From: an uncultured Lachnospiraceae bacterium
Lineage (GTDB): Bacteria > Bacillota > Clostridia > Lachnospirales > Lachnospiraceae
Reading direction: 5' to 3'
NCBI GenBank assembly: GCA_948473115.1
Contig: CAOKWI010000004.1
Coordinates: 24,546-88,545, forward strand
DNA: 64,000 bases
Of this stretch, positions 1 to 9,284 are shown one piece after another. A program made the position numbers and the translations under genes. The notes under the pieces were generated by a model. The model searched no databases. It had not been told where the DNA came from and saw nothing but the letters and a program-made list of their open reading frames with translations. Position 1 is the stretch's first letter; the number at the start of each line of letters is the position of its first letter.

Positions 1-82
1 AGAATTTCAGGGAAAGGAAAGGGCTGACAAAAAATAGTTGGGCGGGGTTGAATATATTTCAATCCTTCCCCGCCGTCAGATC

Positions 83-733
83 TTACTTCAATTCCCGGCG
101 CTTTTCCATGACCAGACCGGTCAGCAGCGTTCCCAGCACCCATGCGGCGCACACGGCATACTGCACTGCCGTGCGGCTTTCCCGCATCTGTAAATACGGG
201 GGGAACAGGGAACAGAACCATTCCACGTCCGTCCCCAGCCCGTTCCATAGGACAAACGCGAAAAGCACCGCCATGGTAATAAACGCCATCATGGAACGCA
301 GCACCGTGGCAAGCAGCAGGATCAGCGCTGTCGTGGCAAGACAGAACGGCAGGGTCGCCGCCAGCCCGACGAAGAACTCTTTCGTCAGCGGGCGTTTCAG
401 CCAGCCTGCCGCCCCACAGACAGATAACCCGTATATGCAGGCCGTGAGCAGATGGCACGCCAGGATCCTTGACAGATAGAATGCTGCCCGGCCGTTTCCC
501 CGGGAAACTGCTGCCGTGGGAATCCTGTTTTCTCCCTCATACACCACCACAGCCGCCGCTATGGCAAAGGCACACAGCACAGTGCCCCGGGAATCATACA
601 AAAGTGCCCTGCCCTGTGTGCCGTGGTGTCCAAGCCCAAGAAACAAGGCAACGGTAAAAAGCACCGCCGCCATACTGCCCAGAACAGCAGGGCTATGTGT
701 CACACAGTAAAATACATTCTTTATCCCTCTCAT
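83..733 (-). CDS. ABC transporter permease-like membrane protein
   Basis: 216 aa, about 6 hydrophobic segments; third gene after an ABC ATPase and a permease; C-terminus RRELK resembles the neighbour's RAELK. Confidence 0.7.
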   Translation of the reverse strand: MRGIKNVFYCVTHSPAVLGSMAAVLFTVALFLGLGHHGTQGRALLYDSRGTVLCAFAIAAAVVVYEGENRIPTAAVSRGNGRAAFYLSRILACHLLTACIYGLSVCGAAGWLKRPLTKEFFVGLAATLPFCLATTALILLLATVLRSMMAFITMAVLFAFVLWNGLGTDVEWFCSLFPPYLQMRESRTAVQYAVCAAWVLGTLLTGLVMEKRRELK

Positions 734-740
734 ATGCGCC

Positions 741-1703
741 TCATTTCAATTCCGCCCGGCCAATATACAGTACCGAAGCCATGCCTGTGACAGCGAAGGC
801 AGCCACCGCCCATGCCACCAACGGAAGGCATGCCGACCCAAAGCCTTCCCCCGTCACAATGCAGTCAAGCGCTTTCTCATACAATTGAAATATCGGCAGC
901 TGAATGACCGCGCGGTTGGAAAAGAATAACACTACAACACCGAAGCTTGCAACAAAGGAAAGAACCGGCCTGCGGATCAACACCGAGAACACCATCACCA
1001 GACCGCAGAAAAACAGGTCTGTGGCAAGCCGTGCCGCAAATCCCCGTGCCATGACCGCAGTTCCGTACACTTCATGTACGCGGGGCGCAAACAGGACAAA
1101 GGACAGAAATGTCTGGAGGACGCTCAGCAGCGCACCCACCAGCACATACACCAGGATCCGCCCCAGGACAAGATCCCTCCGCTTCACCCCGCAGAGGATA
1201 CCTGCCGCATAACCACGCCTTGTATGGGCACGCCCAAAGAAGAAAGCCGCAAAGAACATCCAGAAATAGATCGAGCCGCCCAGATCCGAGAAAATGCCGG
1301 TGACCGCCCATCCCTCAAAAAGATCCTGTGTCTCCAGGGGATAGCGCTCCGGGTAGATCTCATAGCAGTGCAGGAAATCACTGCGTCCAAACAGATAGGA
1401 ACCCTGGCCCAGGTCCTTCATCAGTTTGTACTTGTCCAGGTTCATCTGGTACTCTCCGGTTCTTTCATTGTACCCCGCGAACTGCCCCCAGTCCGGCCCC
1501 ATGGCCTGTTCCAGGCTGCGCTCCAGTTCCGTGTCCCTTGCACCGGTCACAAAATAGACCCTCTCCGCCGGATGATGGTATTTTGCACCGATGGAAACGG
1601 CAGCCATGGAAAGCAGCATCATAAGTGCCATGAATACCCATGCCACACGGCTGTGCACCATGGCATACAGTTCCGACCTGAACACTTTAATCAAATCGCG
1701 CAC
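741..1703 (-). CDS. ABC-2 family permease
   Basis: N-terminal 'IKVFRSELYAM' typical of ABC-2 permeases; TM, extracellular loop, then about 5 TMs; overlaps the ATPase stop. Confidence 0.75.
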   Translation of the reverse strand: MRDLIKVFRSELYAMVHSRVAWVFMALMMLLSMAAVSIGAKYHHPAERVYFVTGARDTELERSLEQAMGPDWGQFAGYNERTGEYQMNLDKYKLMKDLGQGSYLFGRSDFLHCYEIYPERYPLETQDLFEGWAVTGIFSDLGGSIYFWMFFAAFFFGRAHTRRGYAAGILCGVKRRDLVLGRILVYVLVGALLSVLQTFLSFVLFAPRVHEVYGTAVMARGFAARLATDLFFCGLVMVFSVLIRRPVLSFVASFGVVVLFFSNRAVIQLPIFQLYEKALDCIVTGEGFGSACLPLVAWAVAAFAVTGMASVLYIGRAELK

Positions 1704-2415
1704 CCCCCGTCAATCTGCGGAAATAGTCTTCCATGCTTCCCCGGTCCGCGGCCTCTTTCTTTATGGTATCCGCATCCGCCTTCCTGATCACCTTACCGTC
1801 ATCGATAAAAATGTAATCGGTGGCGATCTGCTCCAGCCGTGCCAGCTGGTGGCTGCTGAGCAGCACAGTCACCCCCCGTCCGGCGACCACCCTTTTTAAC
1901 AGGTCTGTGATCTCATCCATCCCTTCCACGTCGATGCCGCTCAGGGGTTCGTCCAGTACCAGCAGCTCCGGCGCCCCCAACATGGCAGCTGCCAGCCCGT
2001 ACCGCTGGCGCATCCCGGTGGAGTAATCCTTCAGCGCCTTTTTGGCCGCCCTGCCCAATCCCACCATTTCAATCAGTTCATCCACCTGGCGGAAGCCGGA
2101 GTTTTTGCAGAGCAGGGACAGTGCCCGCAGGTTCTGCCGTGCGGACATCTCCGGATAGCCTATGGGTTGTTCAATCAGCGCGCCCACCCTCTCCCTGGCC
2201 TCCTGTAGATTTTTTCCAGTACAGCCGAACAGCTCCAGCGTCCCCTCATCCGGCTGGATCAGGCCGCACAGGATCCGCATGAACGTGGTCTTTCCCGCCC
2301 CGTTGTTGCCCACAAACCCATAGATCCTGCCGGGCTCCAATTCAATGCTCACGTCATCCAGCGCAGTGAGCCCCTTAAAACGTCTGGTTATGTTACAGGC
2401 ACGTAAAACTGACAT
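1687..2415 (-). CDS. ABC transporter ATP-binding protein, BcrA/LanF type
   Basis: Walker A GNNGAGKT, E-loop LIEQP, signature YSTGMRQR, Walker B LLVLDEP; ATG at 2415 chosen from an AGGAG RBS. Confidence 0.9.
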   Translation of the reverse strand: MSVLRACNITRRFKGLTALDDVSIELEPGRIYGFVGNNGAGKTTFMRILCGLIQPDEGTLELFGCTGKNLQEARERVGALIEQPIGYPEMSARQNLRALSLLCKNSGFRQVDELIEMVGLGRAAKKALKDYSTGMRQRYGLAAAMLGAPELLVLDEPLSGIDVEGMDEITDLLKRVVAGRGVTVLLSSHQLARLEQIATDYIFIDDGKVIRKADADTIKKEAADRGSMEDYFRRLTGGARFD

Positions 2416-2538
2416 TTCAACCACTCTCCTTCCCGCACTTTGGTCATAAATTTATTTTATCTCTATTTTCTCCCTTTTCAACGCAAAATTTCTGAAATAT
2501 ACATTTTGAGGCTTGAAATGTCACACAATTAACCGTTT

Positions 2539-2608
2539 TCAATGAACCATGATCAATAAACTTCATTCAATGGGCTTTGGTCAATGGACTCTATTCAATG
2601 GGCTTTAC
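2539..2608. repeat. 14-bp period tandem repeat, 5 copies (TCAAT core)
   Basis: TCAAT(G/A) at 2539, 2553, 2567, 2581 and 2595. Confidence 0.8.
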
Positions 2609-5600
2609 TGATTCCGCTGGTCTTTTTTCTTCAATAAGGCAGAGGTATCCAATGACTGCGGCTCCTGCTTCTTTTCCGATCTCTTCTTTTCCGGTTTTTT
2701 CTTTTTTTTCTGATTCTTTGTTTCAGCGGAAACATCTGTTCCGGCAGATCCGCCGGTATTTACGGAGGCTCCCTCGCCCGCCAGGGAATCCGCTTCCAAG
2801 GTGCCGCCTGTAGCTGCGCCATACCCGATGCCCTGACCATTGACTCCCTTGGCTCTGGCATTCATACCGCCTGTATCGGCATCCATGCCATTGCCGCCTG
2901 TAGCCCTGTGCTCCGTTTCCGTCCCGGCACTTCCCTGTCTGCGCTGTCCCAGACGCAGTGCTGCCATACGGTACAGCTTCGTATCCCGGGGCAGGAAATG
3001 GAACCTGCGAAACGCGATATCCATGACAAACCACAGAATCGCCAGAAGGATCAGCCATTTGGTCAGTTCATACCGCTCTCTGGAACTTCCCCTCCTTTGC
3101 TGCCAGAAATCCTCCTCCGGGGTAAGCATCTTACCATACCGCTCCACAAAGCCGGTAAATGCCCCTGTCCCCACATCAAATTTATATTCATCCGAGTACT
3201 GCACTGCCATGGCAGTGGTCACGGCGTTGGTGATATTTCCGTCATCCAGCCGCCGCACGCTCAGGCTATAGATCCCCGTGATGTCCGTATCCAGCTTCGC
3301 CTCGTAGCTTCCCGGCGCCGTGGCATGCAGAGGCGCTGTCTGTGTGTTGCCCTGGGGATCGGTGTACACCGCCTCCACCTTCGTCTGTTCGCTGAAATCC
3401 AACGCATCATAGACGACATTGGTATACCCGCCCGCAGTCACCACATCCACTGCGTCCTCACCTATGGCGGCATTGCCCACACTGTAATCGATGATCCGCT
3501 TCCAGAGCTGAACATAATCATTTTCCCCCGCATAGCCCGCGGTCCACTGATTGGTCACATCCGTGTTCCAGGCAACCGTATGCCCCAGGCCATACTGCAT
3601 CACTGTAAGCACCGGATCATCCTTCTCGGAGGCGATCAGCACATTGGAAGCGCCCTTCGGCGTAGCGCTGACATAGCCGTAAAGGAGCGGCCAGCCCTCT
3701 TCAAAAAGCCCTCTCGTGATCTCATTGCCGCTGTTCACCGACAGCCCGAAGGTACCGTTCTGCAGATAGGTATCCCCGCTTAAAAATACCTCCTGGGCGA
3801 AGATCTTCGGGATTTCCGCAGCGATATCCGAATAATAATAGCGCCCTCCGCATCTGTCCGCCAGCTGCTTCAACAACCTTGTATCCGACCCCTGTCCCAC
3901 AGCCACCGTTGACAGTGTCACACCTGCCTGGTCATATCCCGCTATGACATCGCCAAAGCTGGTGGTTTCTCCCTGTCCGTCGGTCAGGAGGATCACATGG
4001 CGGATGCTCACATCACATTCCGCCACCCCGTTCAATGCCGCCCATAAGGCAGGCTTGATGGTGGTTCCGCCGCCCTCCGCGATGGTTTCTATCTGCGCTT
4101 TAATGTTTTCCTTATCGGAAGCCTGGACGGGTTCCACCACCCAGCTGAAGGTATCGTCAAAGGTGATCACGCCCACGTAATCCGCACTGCGCATCTGGTC
4201 CACCGCAGTCTCCGCGGCGGTGATGGCCAGGTCCAGACTGGTAGCGCCCGTTCCCGTGGCCGCCCCCATACTGCCCGAGTGGTCAATGACCATGACCATG
4301 GCCATGGAAGGGATCTCATTCACCCCCCGCAGCTCCATGTCCACCGGCAGCACTGTCTCCAGCACCGTTTCCCGGTAGCCGCCCAAGGCATAGCTGTCCT
4401 CGCCCCCCATGCAGACCAGGCCGCAGCCGTAATCCTTCACATAGGTCTCTATATTGTCCAGGAAGCCCCGGGGCAGATCCGACAGATATACGTTCTCCAG
4501 CAGAACACTCTTATATTCCAGCAGTTCCTCCAGGGTGTCCGGCGCATTGATGGCGGATACCACATTGTAATTGCTGCCTGCATTGCGGAGCAGATTCTCA
4601 TACTGGCTGCTGTCCTCCCTCAGTCCTGACACCAGAAGCACCTTGGGCACGGAATCCACCACGGAATAAGCGTGGAAGCTGTCATTCTCGCCGCAGGTAT
4701 CTCCCGCTGCCACCACCCGAACCTCAAAGCTTTCCACATTCTCGCCCGTGACCCTCTGCTGAAACCGGAACTGGTTCCTGCCCCGGCTCAGGTGCACGTC
4801 ATAGCCCGCCGTCTGCATGGTGCCCATCCACACCTGGATCTGGGCATCGGTCTCATAATTGCTCTCCACCGTCACGGTCATGGAATAGGAGTCTCCCTGA
4901 TACAGATAGCTGGGCAGTTCCACATTTTCCACATAGGCATCCTGCCCCTGTTCCGTATCATAGACCAGCGCCAGCAGCTCTATCTGTCTGGAAACCAATG
5001 CGGAGACAGCGCCTGTAAGACTTCCCTTTGTCTCCTTCCCGTCCGTCAAGAAGACCACCCGCCCCGCTCCATTGGCCGGGATCATGGCAAGCGCCCGTGA
5101 CATGGCATCCTCGAAGTTGGTGGCCGTCTTATCCGGCAGGGACATGATCTGTGAGAAATGATCCTCCTGCGTCAAAAACTGTTCCACCAGGGAATCCTTT
5201 CCGAAAGTGACAATGCCGTACTGATTATTCCGGGGCATCTCCTTCAGGGCATCATCCAGATAGGCTTCCATTTCCGATAAATTCTGCGCATTACTGTTGG
5301 AAATGTCCACCAGGAATATCGTGGTGTTGGCTCCGCTTCGCTTATTTACGGAAAAGCCGAACAGCGCCAACAGAAGCAGGAGCACCCCTGCCCCCCGCAC
5401 CGCCAGGTAAAATTTCCCGCGATAGCGCATCTGACGCACATACAGGATCCATTCCACCACCATCAGGATCAGGACGATCACAAGCGCCACATTGCGAAGC
5501 TGCTTTTTCACAAGCTGGTCACTGTACGCCTCCTGACCGACGGTTTCCTCCGCCTCCGGGCGGCCGTCCGATTCCTGCCCTGTGGCAAATCGCACCACAT

Positions 5601-7410
5601 ACTGTTCCGCGCGTTCCCCGGCGGCAGCCTGATACAGTCCCGCTTTCCTCGTATCCGCCGTCAGTGTGCTCACGTCAATATCCGCCTGGGGATGGAATAC
5701 CACCGTCTCTCCCGCCTCATAGAGATTGTCCGCCAGAAGGGAACTGTCCCCCAGGAAACGGAGGGCGTTGGCGATAAATACAGGGAACTCCGCTTTCAGG
5801 GGAAAATCCGATTCACGGATATCAAAGCCCACTACCACTTCCTTCCTGCCGTCATGCTCACCGTAATAGCCTGCACACTGTTCGCCCGCCCACAAAAATC
5901 CCGTACCCCAGGAGGGAATTTCATACACATTGGTCTCATTGACGCCGATCAGGAAAGAGGAAAGCCCTGCTGTCAGGTCACAGTCTGTCACCGTAAGCAT
6001 CACCCGCTCCACGGCTCCGGTCACATCTCTTCCATCCCGGAAGATCAGGCTGCTTCCTGCTTCCGGCAGACTGCCACGGACTCCTGTGATACCGCTTTTG
6101 TCTTCCACTGAACCGCCCCCGGCTCCTGCCTGGCCGCTTTCGCCTCCCGCAGAACCGCCACGGGCTCCTGCCTGGCCGCTTTCGCCTCCCACTGAACCGC
6201 CTGTCATTCCCGCATCATAAATGCGGACAGTCTGTGATTCCTCCGAAAGAGCGCTTTCACTGTCCACCCGGGTCAGGCTCATTCCGGTCGCTGCCTGATA
6301 AGCCTTTTCAATATAAGTGTTTCCGTTCCCCACCAGCACCGCGTCCATCCGGCTTTCCCGGGCAGGGATTGCATAGGCTATATTATCATTTTTCAGGGAA
6401 TCCGTGTCCCCGCTGCCCGCAAAGCGCACGGAACCGACCTCGCTGCGCAGGGGTTCTCCCTGCCATTCAAAAGGCTCAAAATAACACAGGGTGGTCTCCC
6501 CCGGGGGCAGTGTCAGCTGTTTGACCTCCAGCAGCTTATCGCCCTGATAGAGGCTGACTTCCATGGAGGCTTCCGTATTGCTGTAGTTTGTAATGCTGGA
6601 GGCACAGGTTATGCCAGGGATGGCGGAACCGGAAGCTTGCGCCTCACCGGCATTCTCCCCGGATGCATCATCCTCTGCCCTGGCGGACTGTGTCCCCCGC
6701 TCCACATAGGAAAGGAAATTGTTGGACACATTGCTCACCGCATGCCCCATCACAAGCACCTGGGCGTCAAAATATCGGGAGAAGCCCATGGCGTCCTCCG
6801 CCCCGCTGCCGTCCGTGAACACGATCACCGAACAGCCTGACGCTTCCTCCCCGGACTCCGCGCCGGCGCCCCGGAGGGTTTCCACCACACTCTCGGCATC
6901 CGGCAGATTCCCCGTCCCGTCACAGCATTCTATCTGATCCAGCACAGAAAAAAGACTGCCCTTGTCCTTTACCCCCACTGCCAGCAGCTCGGTTCCCATG
7001 CAGTCATTGGTGACAATGGAAAAAGCCGTCTCCTCCGAGGCTGTGACCAAAGCCCTGATCTGCTCCAGGGCCTCCTCCATGCGCGTCCTGCCGTTTCCCG
7101 CGTCATGCTGCATACTGGCGCTGGTGTCAAGCACCAATATCACATTGCCCTTACTACTTCCCTCCCTGTGTATGTACGGCGACATCAAGGCCAGCACAAG
7201 CAGCAGCAGGATCAGGATCTGGAGATACATCAGGATATTATGGACAAATTTCTCCAGAAATGTTTTGGACTGCTGGTTTCGGAACAGTTTATCCCACAAC
7301 AAATTCGAGGAAATCCTATAATCCTTCCCCTTCGGTTTTAACAGATATAGAATGATCACCACGGGGACTGACAGAAGCAGCGCCAGCGGCCATAAACTCT
7401 CAAATATCAT
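2605..7410 (-). CDS. Large membrane protein: BatA-like N-terminus, three VWA domains, glutamine-amidotransferase-like domain
   Basis: BatA-like LWPLALLLSVPVVIILYLLKP; MIDAS-like motifs DTSAS, DISNS, DHSGS; 'GLVCMGGEDSYALGGY' GATase1-like segment; internal and C-terminal TMs. Confidence 0.85.
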   Translation of the reverse strand: MIFESLWPLALLLSVPVVIILYLLKPKGKDYRISSNLLWDKLFRNQQSKTFLEKFVHNILMYLQILILLLLVLALMSPYIHREGSSKGNVILVLDTSASMQHDAGNGRTRMEEALEQIRALVTASEETAFSIVTNDCMGTELLAVGVKDKGSLFSVLDQIECCDGTGNLPDAESVVETLRGAGAESGEEASGCSVIVFTDGSGAEDAMGFSRYFDAQVLVMGHAVSNVSNNFLSYVERGTQSARAEDDASGENAGEAQASGSAIPGITCASSITNYSNTEASMEVSLYQGDKLLEVKQLTLPPGETTLCYFEPFEWQGEPLRSEVGSVRFAGSGDTDSLKNDNIAYAIPARESRMDAVLVGNGNTYIEKAYQAATGMSLTRVDSESALSEESQTVRIYDAGMTGGSVGGESGQAGARGGSAGGESGQAGAGGGSVEDKSGITGVRGSLPEAGSSLIFRDGRDVTGAVERVMLTVTDCDLTAGLSSFLIGVNETNVYEIPSWGTGFLWAGEQCAGYYGEHDGRKEVVVGFDIRESDFPLKAEFPVFIANALRFLGDSSLLADNLYEAGETVVFHPQADIDVSTLTADTRKAGLYQAAAGERAEQYVVRFATGQESDGRPEAEETVGQEAYSDQLVKKQLRNVALVIVLILMVVEWILYVRQMRYRGKFYLAVRGAGVLLLLLALFGFSVNKRSGANTTIFLVDISNSNAQNLSEMEAYLDDALKEMPRNNQYGIVTFGKDSLVEQFLTQEDHFSQIMSLPDKTATNFEDAMSRALAMIPANGAGRVVFLTDGKETKGSLTGAVSALVSRQIELLALVYDTEQGQDAYVENVELPSYLYQGDSYSMTVTVESNYETDAQIQVWMGTMQTAGYDVHLSRGRNQFRFQQRVTGENVESFEVRVVAAGDTCGENDSFHAYSVVDSVPKVLLVSGLREDSSQYENLLRNAGSNYNVVSAINAPDTLEELLEYKSVLLENVYLSDLPRGFLDNIETYVKDYGCGLVCMGGEDSYALGGYRETVLETVLPVDMELRGVNEIPSMAMVMVIDHSGSMGAATGTGATSLDLAITAAETAVDQMRSADYVGVITFDDTFSWVVEPVQASDKENIKAQIETIAEGGGTTIKPALWAALNGVAECDVSIRHVILLTDGQGETTSFGDVIAGYDQAGVTLSTVAVGQGSDTRLLKQLADRCGGRYYYSDIAAEIPKIFAQEVFLSGDTYLQNGTFGLSVNSGNEITRGLFEEGWPLLYGYVSATPKGASNVLIASEKDDPVLTVMQYGLGHTVAWNTDVTNQWTAGYAGENDYVQLWKRIIDYSVGNAAIGEDAVDVVTAGGYTNVVYDALDFSEQTKVEAVYTDPQGNTQTAPLHATAPGSYEAKLDTDITGIYSLSVRRLDDGNITNAVTTAMAVQYSDEYKFDVGTGAFTGFVERYGKMLTPEEDFWQQRRGSSRERYELTKWLILLAILWFVMDIAFRRFHFLPRDTKLYRMAALRLGQRRQGSAGTETEHRATGGNGMDADTGGMNARAKGVNGQGIGYGAATGGTLEADSLAGEGASVNTGGSAGTDVSAETKNQKKKKKPEKKRSEKKQEPQSLDTSALLKKKDQRNQ

Positions 7411-8278
7411 AAATCACCCTTAAATCCTGGAATACAAGCTGATTTCTGTCCCTTCCCGTATCACAGAGCACATAGGCGCCCCGTCCGGAGGAACAGCCCT
7501 TTTCCATGCGTTCCGTGAGCCGTTTCAGTTCCTGTTCGTAATGCCCGATGGCTCTGGCATCCACTGTCAGCCGCAGCCTCGATTCCGTTTCGGAGTCGAT
7601 CAAGTTGAGCGTTCCCTCCAATGTGATCCGAAGTTCCTCCTCTGCCAGCGTATGAAGGATCACTGGACGCTGTTTACAGTAATCCAGATATTGCAGCAGC
7701 TTCTCATAGCCTGCATTGTCCTCCTCCAGCATGCCGGGATGCAGGAAATCGCTGATCAGCGCCGTCACGCCGGGTCCCCTGTGCTGCATCTTCCTCACTG
7801 CGGAAAGCATGTCGGCCTCCCCGTCAAAGGTAAGCTTTTCCAGCCAGTGAAGCGCCTTTGCAAAGGCATTTTTCCCGCCGCTCACGGAAAGCCCCTTTCC
7901 CATATCCTTCATATCATATAACACAAGCCTGTCCATATTGTTCAGCGCCAGGAAGCTTACCACCGCCGCCAGGTCCCTTGCCAGGTCCGCCTTGCTTTGC
8001 GCGCCGTAGTCCATGGACGCGCTGGTGTCAACCAGGACGGAGACCACAGCCTCCTTCTCCTCCATGTACTGGCGGATGTATAACTTGTCCAGTCTGGCAT
8101 AGGCATTCCAGTCCATGCGGCGCAAATCGTCCCCCGGCATATATTCCCGGAAATCGGAAAATTCCGCGGAGATTCCCTTCTGCACCGACTTGCGGCTGCC
8201 GGACATATTCAGGCTGCTCTTGTGGGACATCCGCAGCTGCAGCCGGGACAAAGTGTCATAACATTTTGAATCAAGCAT
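7400..8278 (-). CDS. DUF58 domain protein (MoxR partner)
   Basis: EFSDFREYMPGDDLRRMDWNAYAR motif and DTSASM; adjacent to MoxR. Confidence 0.92.
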   Translation of the reverse strand: MLDSKCYDTLSRLQLRMSHKSSLNMSGSRKSVQKGISAEFSDFREYMPGDDLRRMDWNAYARLDKLYIRQYMEEKEAVVSVLVDTSASMDYGAQSKADLARDLAAVVSFLALNNMDRLVLYDMKDMGKGLSVSGGKNAFAKALHWLEKLTFDGEADMLSAVRKMQHRGPGVTALISDFLHPGMLEEDNAGYEKLLQYLDYCKQRPVILHTLAEEELRITLEGTLNLIDSETESRLRLTVDARAIGHYEQELKRLTERMEKGCSSGRGAYVLCDTGRDRNQLVFQDLRVIYDI

Positions 8279-9227
8279 ATAAATTCTTTTCCTTTGACTC
8301 TATGATCTTCCGAATCACGCCATCTTCCGCAATCCCCTCTGAAATGGCATCAAAATTCAACAGTACACGATGCCGCAGCACCGGATACGCCACGCTCTGC
8401 ACATCCTCAAAGGACACATTCAGCCGCCCCTCCATAAAAGCCCTTGCCCTGGATGCCCGGATCATGGCCTGGGCCGCGCGGGGACTGGCACCCTCCCTGA
8501 TATAGGGATTCTCCTCATGGGTCGCCATCACCAGTTCCAGAATGTAATTCATGACCGCGTCCGCAATGGGGATCTGGGCGATCAGCTTCCGCGCCTTTCG
8601 CAGTTCTTCCCCGTCCAGGATGCCATGCAATTCCGGCTGCTCCTGGCCCTCCGTCAGTTCCACGATCCCCCGCAGTTCCTCCTTGCTGGGAAATTTCACC
8701 AGTATCTTGAACAGGAAACGGTCCAGCTGCGCCTCCGGCAGCGGATAAGTCCCCTCCTGCTCAATGGGGTTCTGGGTGGCAAGCACCAGGAAAGGCTCCT
8801 CCAGGATATGGCTCTCGTTCCCCACCGTGACGGTGTGCTCCTGCATGGCTTCCAGCAGGGCGGACTGGGTCTTCGGCGTGGCACGGTTGATCTCGTCCGC
8901 AAGCACCAGGTTGGCAAAGATGGGTCCCTTCTCGAACCGGAAGCTGCTCTTTCCCTCGTCCTTCACCATGATGTTGGTTCCCGTCACATCACTGGGCATC
9001 AGATCCGGCGTAAACTGGATCCGCTTAAAAGACAGCCGGAACACCTGGCCGATGGTCCGCACCAGCATGGTCTTACCCAGCCCCGGCATACCCTCCAGCA
9101 GCACATTCCCGCCGGAAAGCAGGGCAAGCATGACCTGGCGGATGATCTCCCTCTGGCCGATGATCCCCTTGCCGATCTCCTGCTCGCATTCCATGATTTT
9201 CTGTTGATAGTATTGGATTTCTGACAT
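8271..9227 (-). CDS. moxR: MoxR family AAA+ ATPase (MoxR-proper type)
   Basis: GMPGLGKT, RIQFTPDLMPSD, LADEINRATPKTQSALLEAMQE, ATQNPIEQEGTYPLPEAQLDRF. Confidence 0.95.
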   Translation of the reverse strand: MSEIQYYQQKIMECEQEIGKGIIGQREIIRQVMLALLSGGNVLLEGMPGLGKTMLVRTIGQVFRLSFKRIQFTPDLMPSDVTGTNIMVKDEGKSSFRFEKGPIFANLVLADEINRATPKTQSALLEAMQEHTVTVGNESHILEEPFLVLATQNPIEQEGTYPLPEAQLDRFLFKILVKFPSKEELRGIVELTEGQEQPELHGILDGEELRKARKLIAQIPIADAVMNYILELVMATHEENPYIREGASPRAAQAMIRASRARAFMEGRLNVSFEDVQSVAYPVLRHRVLLNFDAISEGIAEDGVIRKIIESKEKNLYA

Positions 9228-9284
9228 AATGTCCTCCTCGTTACGCGTTCCCCATCAGCGCTTCCTCTCCCTACTGTTATTGCC

